Source: Eledone cirrhosa (lineage: Eukaryota). Taken from it: 64,000 bases of DNA. A program made the position numbers and the translations under genes. The notes under the pieces were generated by a model. That model was not told the DNA's origin and did not search any database. It was given only the letters and a program-made list of their open reading frames with translations. How positions within the stretch are numbered: the first letter of the stretch is position 1; each line of letters opens with the position of its first letter. The stretch covers positions 196,788,001-196,852,000 of the forward strand of contig OZ024743.1 of assembly GCA_964016885.1 (NCBI GenBank). The letters run 5' to 3'. Positions 40,363 through 54,924 of the stretch are shown piece after piece.

Positions 40363-43300
40363 TTCTTTATTTGCCACAAGGGTGCACAAGAAAAGGGGAC
40401 AATACAAAGACATGCCGAGGATTTTACATACAGTCGTGTAAAAAATATAAAACAAACAATTACAACAATCGAAATCCCCAATAGGGAGGAAGCGCCCCAA
40501 AATTTGTTGTTTAATACCCCGCCGATAGAACAACCCTCAACTCCAGGAGCATGTTGTGCAAAATCTCCGTTCTTCCTTTTGCTCTCTTCTTTAACCTACA
40601 GGCTTATAAACAGAGAAGGCCCAATCACTCGGGCCATTTTCGCTTCATTCACCCATCTTTCAGTAAATTTACTGGGGTGCAGTGCCTCTCTCTCCACCCT
40701 GATTCTCCTTCTAAAGTGATACTTAAAGAAGGGAATCAATTGTTGTGCGGAGAGAAAGGCATCTTCCCTCAGTCCTCTCAATCTCGTCCACCATAGCCAC
40801 TGTACAGAGGAAAACCGCCTCTCTTTCGTTTTTGAAAGAGGCTGGCGGTTTGATCCTTACTATGGACTCGGCAGTCAACTGGATTTGTCCCATACGCGAC
40901 AGCAGTTGTTCCGCATAGTTCCACAGGTCGCTTACTGTTTCAATGTCCTGCGCGCATCTTGGACACGTCCTCTTGGAAGGATCCCTGCCGGGGCGTCAGT
41001 GCCTGTAGATCTTGTCTCGAACGGGTAGGGCTCCTCGGTAGCACTGCCAGGCCAGGGACCTCTGCAAGTTGTCCATAGGTCCCGGGCGGAAAGTCCTATC
41101 AAACAGACTGGTGAGTTCATCGTCTTCGACGCCCAGAGTCTCTTCGAGCACGTCGTCGCCCTTGTAACGTACAATCCCTCTATAGAATGTCGAAGTGGCG
41201 TCTCCACTGATTGCTGCGCCCGCTTGCCAGATGACTGTGAGCGCCTGAGCGCATTCAATGTGCCAGGCGCCCATCGTTTTCGGTCTTTTCTTGACCCAGG
41301 ACTGCAGCACCGTCAGCGAGACGGGCTGTGGGAAAGCCTGTCTCACAAACGGGGCCCACACCGGTTGGGGGTCGTTGAGGAATACCTTGAGATGCCGCAG
41401 CCTGTTTGCGCATCATACCTCGACGGCCTGCAGCATGTTTGCGCATCATAAGCCACGGCATTCCCAGCCCTCCGTTGGAAGGGTGGTGACAGCAGACGGA
41501 TCTCCTCACCAGCGGAGCCTGCTTCTTCCACAGAAACTGGAAGAGCATGCGTTCCATCTTGGCGAGGTGTTCACGGGGACAAGGCTCGACAGTCAAGCGG
41601 TATTAGATGACGGACGCTATGAAAGTGTTCGCCACCTCCGCTCGACCTTTCAAGGGCAGTTTGCACTCTGCCCACTTCTGGGTGAGCGCAAACACCTTGG
41701 CCGTGACCTCGTTCCAGTTTTTCTCCACCTGGAGGTCTGGACCGAATCAGACCCCGAGCAATTTCACCGGTCCGTCCGTCCAGCGTCCATCGACGCTGTC
41801 GGACGTCATCGGTTTGCCTCTCCACGTACCGAGTTGCAAACCGACAGACTTACCCGGATTTAGTTTTGCTCCCGTCAGCGTTTCGTATTCTTTCAGTAAG
41901 TTGCCGATCACTCCGATATCCGAGGTGCTCGACACCATTACCGTCACGTCGTCGGCATAAGCCGACGCCGCTTTGCGCAGTCCCGGTTCTAGAGGGATGC
42001 CCTGCAACAGCTCCAATTTCCGCAGTAGTGGCTTTAGAGGCAATACATACAGAATGGTGAGAGAGGCCACCCCTGTCGAATGGAACGCGTGATTGCGAAC
42101 GGCTCCGATAGGTAGCCGTTCACCTTGACCCTCGAGCAGATGCTGGTGTGCATCGCCTCGATCCAGCCTCTGAAAACGGGACCGAAACCGGCCGCCTTGA
42201 GAACCGCTTCCAAGTATCGATGGTCGACCCTATCGAATGCCTTAGACTGATCCAAATTGATTAGAGCCCCACCGAAGCCGGGTTTACTACCCACCCTCTC
42301 TATGATGTATCGCATGAGGTGGAGGTTGTCGTGTATGGACCTGGTCGGGATTGCACACGTTTGCGCTTTCCCTACCAGGTTCCCGACGACAAGCGCCAAC
42401 CTCGTCGCTAGCACCTTGGCCAAATCTTTAACTCTGTGTTGAGCAGAGTTATGTGCCTGAAGTTGTTAATTTCGTCCCCCTTGTTCTCGTCTTTCCTGAT
42501 CAGCGTTACTACGCCCTTGCCTACAGAACTGGGAATTATCCCGTTCTGCTACCAATTGTAGTAGACAGCTTCGAGGACGCCAGAGAACAAGTCCGGCATG
42601 CCTATGTAAAACTCATAGGGTAGATCATCTAGACCTGGTGACTTGCGTTCGTTTCCCACAGCGGCCCAGAGCGTCCCGTATCTCAATGTCTGTGATCGGT
42701 CTTTCGCAGAACTCGGCGTCCGTGTTCGAGAGACGCGGCAGGCCGTCGAGGTATGAACTAAAGTCCATTGCCCCGTTCGGCTCACCGTCGTTCTGCTCAA
42801 ACAGTCGCGCAAAGTGCTGCTGAAAGGCCGCGCACATGGGGTCAAGTAGCACGCGTCCGTTTTGGTCTTTCAAAGACCGAATCGTGGACTTCTTGCCACT
42901 TTTTGCCTCCGCCACTCAGGCCCAGCTGACAGCTTTCGCTCCTTCGTTTCCTAGAGCACGTGTTTTGCTTCTGACCACGCAGCCTTCGTGTTTCGCGTCG
43001 AAGAACTGGTCTAGTGCCGTTCTCGACGCTAACACTCTAGCCGCGTTGCCATTTTTAAGTGCCTCCTCTACCTTGGCTACTAGTTCTCTTTCTATTTTGT
43101 TTTTCTCTAAGGCTAACTCGGCTAAACTCTATCGATTCTACTCTAATTGCTTTCTTGAGAGAGTACCACCATCTATTGTTGACGATGGCTCCCGTTAACT
43201 GTTGCTTGACTAGTCTACTTATCCGTTCACTGTAAGCTTTACGTGCCGGCAACGACACGTTCAACTTCCAGTATCCGGGTCCCTGTGTATGTATTCTATC

Positions 43301-46125
43301 ACAGTAGACTAAGCAGACGACTAATTTGTGATCTGAGTAGGCAACCATATGCATTCGTGGACAGCTTAACATCTCCTTTCTCTAATGAAGAACCTATCTA
43401 AATACGATCTTGATGTCCCGCTGCGGTTTGCCCACGTCCACTGTGGTGTAGTCGGTAAATCCAGTCGATACCTATCGGCCAGTTGGAATTGGCCGATTAA
43501 AGTTTTGAGGTTGTTGCACCCCCTCTACTGGGACATGCTCCCACATAGTCCCATCGTGCATGTAGGATACCATTCCACCCCCCCCCCCCACTAAAAGTAA
43601 GGAGCGAGATGTTCCCAGAAAAGACTCTAGACGCTTAAAGAAGTCTGGTCGTGATTGCGATTGCCCGGTCGGGGCATAAACGGCCACCAATCTGAAGGCT
43701 CCACCTCCAATACTGTTCACGTCTCGGACTACCAGTCTACTCTCCGGGTCCAAGTGTACTTGTTGTACTTCGACGTCCAGGTTCTTCCGAAACATGACAG
43801 CCACTCCCCTTCCACCTCCTGGCTGACAGAGAGATGCGTAGATCTCAAAATCGTTGAAGATGGGGGTTAGTTGCTGCCTGTTGTGGATCCTGGACTCGGT
43901 GATGGATATCACATCCATACCGTGTGACCTAAGGTCGTTTAAAAGTTGGCCCTGTTTCCAGGGCATCCCTAGGCCTCGCACATTCAAGCTTCGAACTCGT
44001 AAACTAGCCATGTTGGTGGAGAAGAGTTGGCGAAAAAGACGAAAAAGTGCACTTACCTTTTCGTTTCCTGAAGTTCCTGTTGTTCAATCTCCATTTCAGT
44101 TCTGGTGGGGGTGTTGGGTGGGGTGGGGAAACATTTTAATAGGACGCGGTTAATAGGTTTTTGATAGGGGTTGCCAACATCCTGCGAAAACTGTTTTTTC
44201 AATTTCTGATAGGTTTCTATCGAAACCCTTATTAGTTTTAGGTGTGGAGACGATTCTGCTTTGACGAAAGTTTTGTCCTCCGGCTCCACCTTGGGGTTTT
44301 AGGAGATGACCTCCATCAAATTCTTGTTGTTTGTGTTGATGTATGCGTATTGTTGTTTGTGTTTTTGTTGTGCTGTTTTAGTTTGTTGTTCGTCCGGGAG
44401 TTTTCTTTTTATGGTGGGTGCTTGTGTTTGGGGTGGTGTTGGTGTTGGTTTTGCTGGTAGGGGGATGTTTGACTGTGGTGTTGTTTGTGTTGTTGTTTGT
44501 GTCTGTGGTTGTGTGTTGGTGTTGGTGTTGGTGATTGGAGTTTTGGGGGTTTTGAGGTGTCTCTTTTTTTGTTTTTTAGATTTCCGAGGCTCTCCTTCTT
44601 CTTCACTTAAAGAAGGAGAAGCAGCCTCATCTGTCGTTGAATAATCGTCAGGAGTGTGGGGTATGGGTATGTTGTGTGGTGATGGTGTTTCGGTGTGTGT
44701 GTTTGTGGTAGTGTTTGATGGAGTGGGATAGGGTGGGGCTGTGTCCTTCAAGGGTGTTGTCTGTGTTTTTTCTGTTGTTGTTGGTTGAGTGGCTGTTTGT
44801 TTTGGTGTGTTTGCTCATTTCGTCTGTTGTTGTACTTGTGGTGGTGGTTGTTTTGGTGTTGGTAATAGTGTTTTTATAATGATGTTGTGGTGTGTTTGTG
44901 AAGGACAGGAGGCCTTTAGGTGTGCTGTGCTACCACAGCGAAAGCAATGAAGTTTTCGACCCTCCACCGTAATGTTTATTTTGTTGTTGTCGTCGATGAC
45001 GACTTTTTCGTGTATTTTGGAGATTCTCTCCGGCCTCATTTGAATCAGAATCTCCAAATCAGTACCCGCCCACCTTTGTCTAATAGATTTTCGTATCGAA
45101 AGAATCATATCAGTTTCTGGCTCTACGAAGCCAGCCAAGATCCACTAGATGTTAATTTTGGGTGGTATATTTTTATTTTTTATTTTTTTGTGTCCTTTTT
45201 CCCATGTACGTGGGGAAAAAGGTGAATGCTTTTGACACCATTGGTGTCACAGAATGTTTTGGGGCGAGTGCCTCGCTTTTAAACAGTACGTAAACACTTC
45301 CGTACTGTTTTCCTCGTTGGAGAAAGTCAATATTTGCTAGAATCTCCTTGAAGGTGGCTTCTATATCTGCTTGACTAACAAATATCGGCTTTCTCGTTGT
45401 GTTGGAGACAGTCCTAAATGTCACTGTCCTCCGAACTGTCTCTTTTATTTCGAGGGGTAAGTTAATTCTAGACCCACCCTTGTCTTCGAAAGTTACAAAT
45501 TTTCTCCCTTGCTGGAGCATATCTCTTGCATTGGAGATGTCAAGATTGATAAAATCTTGTTTTTTGTTCAGTTTCAGCGAAAGACATTTTTTTTTTTTTG
45601 TGTGGTGTTGCTGTTGTTGTTGTTGTTATCGTTGTTAGCCTCGGTGTTGGAAATCTCAATTTCTTGACGAGGTGAAACTTTATGTGTAGATGTATCTATG
45701 GAGTTGTTGATGTTGTCTTTTTCATGTGTAAGTATGTTAATAGGTTTAATTCCTGTGTTATCGTGTGTGTTATTGTTATTTTTCTCCGCTTCGACGGTAG
45801 AAATTTTAAAATCTTCAAGTTGTAATATTGTTTTCTCTTTGTTGACAGTCGTATCTATGGCGACGTCCATAGTAGCAGAAGCATATATAACGTTAATATA
45901 TGCCTCTCTACTTCTCTTTTCTCTGTCGACGTTCTCTAGCGTTCTTTCCGAGCTATTCATGTTTTATAGTTGGCAAAATTTGATATTTTAAAACAATTTT
46001 TAAATTAAATTTTCGCCCCTAAAGGGGTTAATCTACAAAATGTTATGTTTTTTCAAACAATTAGTTCGGTTTTTTGCATAGAAATTAACAAAAAAGCTTA
46101 CCGGCGATGTTCCACGCGTCAGGCA
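40362..46125 (-). mobile_element. Tx1-like LINE copy C1, full length, degraded
   Basis: ORF1 pieces 45960-44053 (CFRCGSTAHLKASC); ORF2 44011-40596 (APE, DQSKAFDRV, AYADD); AATAAA plus (TATC)n tail. Confidence 0.9.
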
Positions 46126-46424
46126 GATAAAGAGATAGGTAGGTAGATAGGTTTCTTTATTAATAATGGTTTCTTATATAGGCACAAGGCCAGCAATTTG
46201 GGAAGAGGGGAAAGTCGATTAAATCGCCCCCAGTGCGTGACTGGTATTTTATTTTACCGACCCCGTAAGGATGAAAGGCAAAGTTAACCTGGCAGAATTT
46301 GAACTCAGAACATAAAGGGCCATAACTCCTATGCAGCAAAGCATGATGTCTGACGCTCTATCGATACTGCCAAACCACCGCCCTCGATAGATAGATAGAT
46401 TGATGGATGGATAGATAAATAGAT

Positions 46425-49186
46425 ATATTTCTTTATTAGCCACAGAGGCACAAAAGAAGGGGACAAATACAAAGGGGGAAGTTTACATACAATAAAAACG
46501 TGTAAAATGTTATCACAGATGGAATTTAAAAGTTAGTCGATTTTCCCCAATAGAGGGAGACAGTTTATATGGGTAACACATACCCCCGAAAAAAAATGTG
46601 CAACCCTCATCTCCAGGAGTACGAAGAGCTTGTACTCCTTTCCTCTCCTCCTCCTTTTCCTCAACCTACAGGCTGATATAGAGAGAAGGCCCATTCACTC
46701 GGGCCATTCTCGCCACTTTCACCCACCTTTCATAAAACTTGCTGGGGTACAGCACCTCTCTCTCCATCCTGATTCTTCTTCCAAAGTGGTATTTGAAAAA
46801 AAGAATCAGTTGTTGGCCGGAGAGAAAGGTGTCTGACCTCAGCCTTTTCAACCTTGTCCACCATACAACATCTTTCGCCATAGCTATCACACAAAGGAAA
46901 ACCGCCTCTCCTTTGTTTTTGAAGGAGGGTGGCGGTTTGATCATGACAATGGACTCGGTGGGCAACTGGATTAGTCCCACCCGCGACAATAGTCGTTCTA
47001 CATAGCCCCACAGGTCAGTGACGCCCGGGCAGTGTATGAATGCGTGCGCGACGGTTTCTTCGTCTCGCACGCACCTCGGACAGATCTTTTTTGCAGGGTC
47101 CCTGCCCGGGCGCCCATGTCTGTAGAGCTTGTCTCGAACTGGTAGAGCTCCTCGGTAGCACTGCCAGGCCAGGGACTTTTGGAAGTTGTCCATCGGTCCC
47201 GAGCGGAAGGTCCTACCGAACAGACTGGCCAGTTCATCTTCCTCTACGCCTAGAGTTTCACCGAGCGCGTCGTCGCACTTGCTGCGGACCAATCCTCTAT
47301 AGAATGACGAAGTGGAGTCTCCACTGATCGCCGGGTCCGCCTGCCAGAGGGCTGTGAGCGCCTGAGCACATTCGATGTGCCAGTCGCCCATTTTCCTCGG
47401 TCTCTGCTTGACCCAGGACTGCAGCTCGGTCAGCGAGACGAGTCGTGGGAAGGCTCGCCTCACGAACGGGGCCCACACCGGTTGTCCGGTGAGGAATACG
47501 TAGAGATGCCGCAGCCTGAGCGCGTGTTTGCGCATCGTCAACCACGGCATCCCCAGCCCTCCGTTAGAAGGGTGTTGGCAGCAGATGGATCTTCTCACCA
47601 AAGGAACCCGCCTCTTCCAAAGGAATCGGAAGAGCGCGCGCTCCATTTTGGCGAGCGTTTTGGCTGGACAAGGCACGACGGTCAAGCGGTAGTAGATGGC
47701 GGACGCTATAAAAGTGTTCGCCACCTCCGCTCGACCTTTCAAGGATAGTTTGCACTCGGCCCACTTCTGGGTGAGTGCAAACACCTTGGCCGTCACTTCG
47801 TTCCAGTTCTTCTCCACCTGGAGGTCCGGACCAAACCAGACCCCGAGCAGCTTTACCGGTCCTTCCGTCCAGCGTCCGACGACGCCATCGGAAGGCATCA
47901 GTCTGCCTCTCCACGATCCGATTTGCAAACCGATGGACTTGTCCCGGTTCAGCTTCGCTCCTGTGAGACTTTCGTATTCCTTTAGTAAGGTGCCGACATC
48001 CTCGATTTGCGAGGCGCTCGACACCATTACTGTCACGTCGTCGGCGTAGGCCGACGCCGCTTTCCGCAGTCCCGGTTCCAGAGGGATGCCCTGCAATAGC
48101 TCCAGCTTCCGCAGTAGTGGCTCGAGAGTCAGTACGTACAGAAGGGAGGAGAGAGGGCATCCCTGTCGAATGGATCGCGTAATATGAAACGGCTCCGAGA
48201 GGTAACCGTTCACCTTGACCCCTGAGCAGATGTTGCTGTTGTGCATTGCAGCAATCCAGCCCCTGAACACGGGTCCGAAGCCTGCCGCCTCGAGCACCGC
48301 ATCCAGGTAACGATGGTCAACCCTATCGAAAGCCTTAGACTGATCCAAGTTGATCAGGGCCCCACCGAAGCCGGGTTTACACCCTACCCTCTCTATGATG
48401 TATCGCATGAGGTGGAGGTTGTCGTGTATGGACCTGGTCGGGATCGCGCATGTCTGCGCTTCTCCCACCAGGTTCTCGACGACAAGCGCCAGCCTCTTTG
48501 CCAACACCTTGGCCAAAATCTGTAACTCTGTGTTTAGCAGAGTTATGGGCCGGAAGTTGCCTATGTCATCCCCCTTATTCTCGTCCTTCCTGATTAGTGT
48601 GACCACGCCCCCAGTTACAGAACTGGGAATTCTCCCGTTCTGTTGCCAGTTGCAGTAGACCGCTTCCAGGAGACCGGAGAATAAGTCCGGCATTGCTACG
48701 TAATATTCGTAGGGTAGACCGTCGAGACCTGGAGATTTGCGTTTGCCGCATTGGCTCAGCGCGTCCCCTATCTCAGTGGCTGAAATCGGCTTTTCGCAGA
48801 ACTTCGCCTCGCTGTCCGAGAGTCGCGGTAGGCCGTCGAGGTATGGACCGAAATCCATAGCCTCTCCCGGTGCGTCGCTCCCCCCGAACAGCCGAGCAAA
48901 GTGCCGCTGAAAAGCCGCACACATCTGCTTCGGCTCACGTATCACGCGTCCGTTTTGGTCCTTCAAAGACCGAATCGTGGACTTGTTGCCACTTTTTGCC
49001 TCCGTCACTCGGGCCCAGCTAACAGCTTTGGCTCCCTCGTTTCCCAGAGCACGTATTTTGCTTCTGACAACGCAGCCCTCGTGCTTTGCGTCGAAGAACT
49101 GGTCCAAGGCCGTTCTCGTTGCTAGCACGCTGGCTACGTTGCCACTTCTAATTGCCTCTTCTACTTTATCTATCAGTTCCTTCTCG

Positions 49187-49187
<1 letters not shown>
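46425..49187 (-). mobile_element. Tx1-like LINE copy D1, 5'-truncated, RT and zinc-finger region uninterrupted
   Basis: Open frame 46666-49187 with KSPGLDG, FRPITLLN, DQSKAFDRV, RQGCPLS, AYADD, CPRC..HAFIHC; (TATC)n on both sides. Confidence 0.93.
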
Positions 49188-49271
<84 letters not shown>

Positions 49272-49274
<3 letters not shown>

Positions 49275-52200
49275 TGTTTCTTTTATTTGCCACCAGGGCA
49301 TCAAAAGTGGGACAAGTACAATGGGGGGAGTTTACAAAACAAGGCGTCCTCAATACGGAGGAGGCAATAACAAAATATAAAAATAAAATAAAATATAACA
49401 GAATAAAATATATAACAAAATCCTCAATAGAGAGGAGGCGCCTTGGGGGGTCGCACTCCCCCCCCCCCCGAAAAAGTGTGCAACCCTTTTCCTCAGGAGC
49501 ACAGAGAAGGGGTGCTCCCTTGGTCTTTCATCTTCCTCACCTATAGTCTGATGTAGAGTGAAGGCCCATTCCCACGGGTCATTCTCGCCACTTTCACCCA
49601 TCTTTCATAAAAACGGCTGGGGTGCAGCACCTCTCTCTCCATCCTGATCCTTCTTCCGAAATGATATCGGAAGAAACGGACCAGTTGTTGGCCAGAGAGA
49701 AAGGTGTCTGACCTCAGTCCTTTCAGACGCGTCCACCATACAACCTCTTTCGCCATGGCTATTACGCACAGAAACACCGCCTCTCCTTCGTTTTTGAAGA
49801 GGGGAGGCGGCTTGATCGTTACAATAGACTCGGTGGTCAACCGGATCGGTCCCACCCTTGACAGCAGTTGTTCGACATAGCCCCACAGATCAGCAATTCC
49901 CGAGCAGTGTACCAATGCGTGTGCAACGGTTTCCTCGTCACACACGCATCTGGGACAGATCTTTTTCGAGGGGTCCCTACCCGGGCGCCCGTGTCTGTAG
50001 AGCCTTTCTCGAACGGGCAGAGCCCTTCTGTAGCACTGCCAGGCCAGGGACCTCTGGAAGTTATCCATGGGTCCCGGGCTGAATGTCCTACCGAACAGGT
50101 TGGCCAGTTTGTCTTCCTCCATGCCTAGGGCTTCTCCGAGGGCGTCGTCGCACCTGCTAACCACCAGCCCTCTATAGAATGTTGCGGTGGAGTCTCCACT
50201 GATAACCGGATCCGCCTGCCAGAGGGCGGTGAGCACCTGGGCACACACAGTGTGCCAGGCACCTTAATGCGTGTTTACGTATCATTAGCCACGGCATCCC
50301 CAGCCCTCCTTTCGAAAGGTGTTGACAGCAGATGGATCTCCTCACCATAGGAGCCCGCTTCTTCCAAAGGAATTGGAAGAGTGCGCGCTCCATTTTGGCG
50401 AGCGTTTCCCTTGGGCAAGGCACAACGGTCAGGCGGTAGTAGATGACGGATGCTATATAAGTGTTCGCCACCTCCGCCCGACCTTTCAGGGACAGTTTGC
50501 ACTCGGCCCACTTCTGGGTCAGTGCAAACACCCTGTTCGTTACCTCACCCCAGTTTTTCTCCACCTGGAGGTCTGGTCCGAACCAGACCCCGAGCAACTT
50601 CACCGGGCCCTCCGTCCAACGCCCGACGACGCCATCGGAGGGCATCGATCTGCCCCTCCACGTGCCGAGTTGCAGACCGATCGACTTGTCCCGGTTCAGC
50701 TTAGCCCCTGTAAACCTTTCGTACTCCTCCAGTAAGGTGCCGATCGCCTCGATTTCCGAGGCCGTAGACACCATTACTGTTACGTCGTCGGCGTAGGCCG
50801 ACACCGCTTTCCGCAATCCCGGTTCCAACGGGATGCCCTGCAACAACTCCAACTTCCGCAGCAGTGGCTCTAGAGTCATTACATACAGAAGGGAGGAGAG
50901 AGGGCACCCCCTGTCGGATGGACCGCGCGATTTCGAACGGCTCCGAGAGGTAGCCGTTCACCTTGACCCTAGAGCAGATGCGACTGCTGTGCATGGCATT
51001 GATCCAGCCGCTGAAAACGGGTCCGAAGCCTGCCGCCGCTAGCACCGCATCCAGGTAACCATGGTCGACCCTATCGAATGCCTTAGATTGATCCAAGTTG
51101 ATCAGGGCCCCACCAAAGCCGGGTTCGTTCCCAACCCTCTCTATGATGTATCGCATGAGGTGGAGGTTGTCATGGATGGACCTGGACAGGGATAGCACAT
51201 GTCTGCGCATCTCCCACCAGGTTGCCCACGACAAGCGCCAACCTCTTTGCTAGCACCTTGGCCAAAATCTGTAACTCTGTATTTAGCAGAGTTATGGGCC
51301 TGAAATTATTTATATCGTCCCCCTTGTTCTCGTCCTTCCTTACTAGCGTGACTACGCCCTTGGTCACAGCACAGGGAATTCTCCCGTTCTGTTGCCAGTT
51401 GCAGTAAACCGCCTCGAGGAGATCGGGGAACAAGTCCGGCATAGCTAGATATAGTTCGTATGGAAGACCATCGAGACCCGGGGATTTGCGTTTGCCGCAT
51501 TGGCTCAGCCTTCGTGTTTCGCGTCGAAGAACTGGCCCAGGGCCGTTCTCGACGCTAGCACTCTGGCCACGTCGCCGCTTCTAATTGCCTCTTCTACACT
51601 ATCTACCACTCTCTTTCCTTCCTATTTCTATTTGAGGCTAACTCCTTACTAAATTCTATAGAGACTACTCTAATCTCTCTTTTGAGAGATCCCCACCACC
51701 TGCTGTTGACGATGGCGCCCGTCAACCGCTCCTTAACTAAAGTGCTAATCCGGTCCCTGTAAGCCTTACTTGCCGGTAAGGACAAGTTGAGCTTCCAGTA
51801 ACCGGGTCCCTGTCTATGAGTTCTGTCAAGTTTGACCATGCAGGTCACTAACTTGTGGTCTGAATAGCCAACCATGCGCATTTTTGGACAACTTAAAAAG
51901 TCCTTATCCTTAATTCTAACTAAGAACCTATCTAGGTACGACCTAGATGATCCGGTATGATTTGCCCAAGTCCGGGTTGGCGCAGTCGGAAAATCTAGTC
52001 GATATCTATCGGCCAGATCAAATCGACCGATTAACCCTTTGAGGCTATTACACCCCTCTCTATCGGGACAGGCCCCTACGTAGTCCCAGCGTGCATCTAG
52101 GATACCATTCCAGTCCCCCACTAATAGCAAGGAGCGGGACGTCCCTAGAAAAGTCTCCAGACGATGGAGGAAGTCCGGCCGCATTGACCCGAAAGGGCCG

Positions 52201-54566
52201 TATGCAGCTACCAACCTAAACGCTCCGCCTTCACCACTGCCAAGGTCCAGAACCACTAGTCGACCCTCCGGGTCCAAATGTACCATCTGTGTTGCGAGAC
52301 CCAGATGTTTTTGCAGCAGAACGACAACCCCACCCCCACCTCCGGGCTGACAGAGAGATGCGTGCATCTCAAAGTCATCAAAGGTGGGAGCCAGCTGTCG
52401 CACGTTGCTGATCCGGGCCTCGCAAATAACCATCACATCTATACGTTGTGACCTGAGGTCCTTTAGAAGCATTGCTTGCTTCCAAGTTGAGCCCAGGCCA
52501 CGCGCATTTAAACAGCCTACTCTTAGCAAAGCCATGTTGGTGGTGAAGAGAAAAGGCACTTACCTCTCTGCGTCCCGGGTATCGGGCTGCACAATTTCCA
52601 TTAGGGTGGGGGATGGGTTGTTGGGTGGGATGGTGGTTTTTGGAAGTGTAGGAGCATCAGTGTGTTGTGTGGTTGGGGTGTTTGGAGTTGTGTGGGTGTT
52701 TGGGGAGGGGGTGGGGTAGTGTTTTAGAAGGACACGGTTAATGGGCCCGACGCAGGGGGGACCCACGTCCTCTTTAAAGTTGTTTTTTAAAGTTTTATAA
52801 GTGTCCTGTGGGGCCTTAATCATTTTGAGGTGGGGGAAATCCCCTGCCTGGGTGAAGTTAGGCCCTTGGGTTTTTATTGTATTGTTGTTGTACACAATGT
52901 TTAACAGTTTTTTGTTTCTTGTTTTATGTATGTGTATGAATGTTTTTGTTTTTGTGTGGTGTTTTTTGTTTGCTGTTGTTGTGAGCTCTTTTGTGTTGGT
53001 GTCAGTGTTATGTTTTGGGGAGGGGTTGTTTTTATTTGTGTATCTGAGGTGTGTTTTCTTTTTTTTCTTTTGATTGTGTGGAAGTGCTCCTCCTCGTCTG
53101 ACGACAAACTAGGGTCATCTTCCGCGTTGGAGGGGAGGGGTATATTTTCGGGTTGTGTTTGCGGTGCGGGTGCTTTGGAAATTGTTTTTTTTTTGAGTGG
53201 GGAGGATGGGTTGGACATTGTTTTGTTTTGGTTTGAGCTGTGGTTGTTGTTTTTGTAGTGGTAGTAGTGGTGATTGTGTTGGTTGTGCAGTTGTTGGTGG
53301 TGTAGGCAGGATTGGGGTTTTCTTATTAAGTTGGGGACAGACAACCCTCAGGTGACCTCTGGTTCCGCGGAGGTAACACGTGGACCGCCTTCCATCAACG
53401 GTAATGTTGATGAAAGTTTGATCATCCAGTATGACGCGTTCACGGATCTGGGCGATCCTTTCGGGCCTCATTTGAACTACAAGTTCGAGGCTCGTTCCAC
53501 TGAACGCGTCACCCGATGCCTTTCCCATGGACACAAGCGTGTCATCATCCAGGTTCAGGAAACCTGTCAAAACCCACCATATGTGCGTAATCGGCAGGAT
53601 GGTGTGGATTTTTATTTTTTGTGTTCTTCTACCCATGTACGTAGGGTAGAAGGTGTATGCGGTGGATGTGATTGGTTTGATGGACAGTTTCACTGCTGTG
53701 TCCCTGTCCTTCATGAGAATGGATAGACTCCCGTAGAGTCTATCCTTCTGAATGAAGGTGATGTCCTTCCTGACGTCTTTTAAAACCAGCTCTATCTCGC
53801 TCTGTGATGGTTGAGCTGGTTTTTTGCTTTTATTCGAGATTGTTCTAAACATGACAGTGTTTAGGAGTCTCTGGCTTTTTAGTTCCGGGGGGGAATGGAT
53901 CTTGAATGAACCATTTTCCCCGTACACTATATTTTTTTTTTTTGGCATCTGCCAATATCTCCTTCGCTTTGGTTATATCTACTGGCAGATAGTCGAGGGT
54001 TTTCCTTGCCGTCTGGGCGATGGAGACCCTTTCCCTGCTAGTGTTGCTGTTGTAGTTGGTGGTGTTGTTGCTATCATTGTTGTTGTTATCACAGTTATTG
54101 GTCTTGTTGTTGTTGTTATTGTTATTGGTGCTGTTTTCGTCCGTCGCATTGTTGTTGTTGCTGGTGCCGCTGGTTTTTTGGTTTGTTGCCATGGCAACGT
54201 CAAGTTGTCGGTCAGCAGATGGAGAAAATCCTTCCTCTGGCTGACCTTTGCTTTTGACCTATGCTACTGTGACAGTGGCAGGGGGAAGCTGTAAGTTTAT
54301 CTTCCCCTTTCCTCCTTCGAATTTTGGTGAAGAAGCTTCAGCCATTTAAAAAAAATGTTAACTTTTCAACAAGAAAAAAAAACTTTTTTTTGTTTAACTA
54401 TTTCGCCTAAAGGCGTAGAATATTTTGAGAGACTGACCAGATCAAAGTTTGACCTGGCAGTCCCTCTACAAAATGGTACAAAAATTAGAGTTTACAGACA
54501 AGAATTTCTATAGAAATTTAAACAGAACTTACTCAGCAAGTTATACGCGTGTGTCCATCCCAGAAA
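49272..54566 (-). mobile_element. Tx1-like LINE copy E1, full-length ends with internal deletions
   Basis: ORF1 ~54345-52560; ORF2 52535-49541; deletions near 51508 and 50260 relative to E2. Confidence 0.92.
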
Positions 54567-54924
54567 TAGATAGATAGATAGTTAGATAGATAGATAGATA
54601 GATATGTTTCTTTTATTTGCCACAAGGGCATCAAAAGTGGGACAAGTACAATGGGGGGAGTTTACAAAACAAGGCGTCCTCAATAGGGAGGAGGCAATAA
54701 CAATATATAAAAATAAAATAAAATATAACAAAAAATAGAATTATAACAAAATCCTCAATAGAGGATTTTGTTATAAAATATAAAAAAAAATAAAATTTAT
54801 AACAAAATCCTCAATAGAGAGGAGGCGCCTTGGGGGGGTCGCACACACCCCCGAAAAAAGTGTGCAACCCTTTTCCTCAGGAGCACAGAGAGGGGGTTCT
54901 CCCTCGTTCCTTCCTCTTTTCCAC

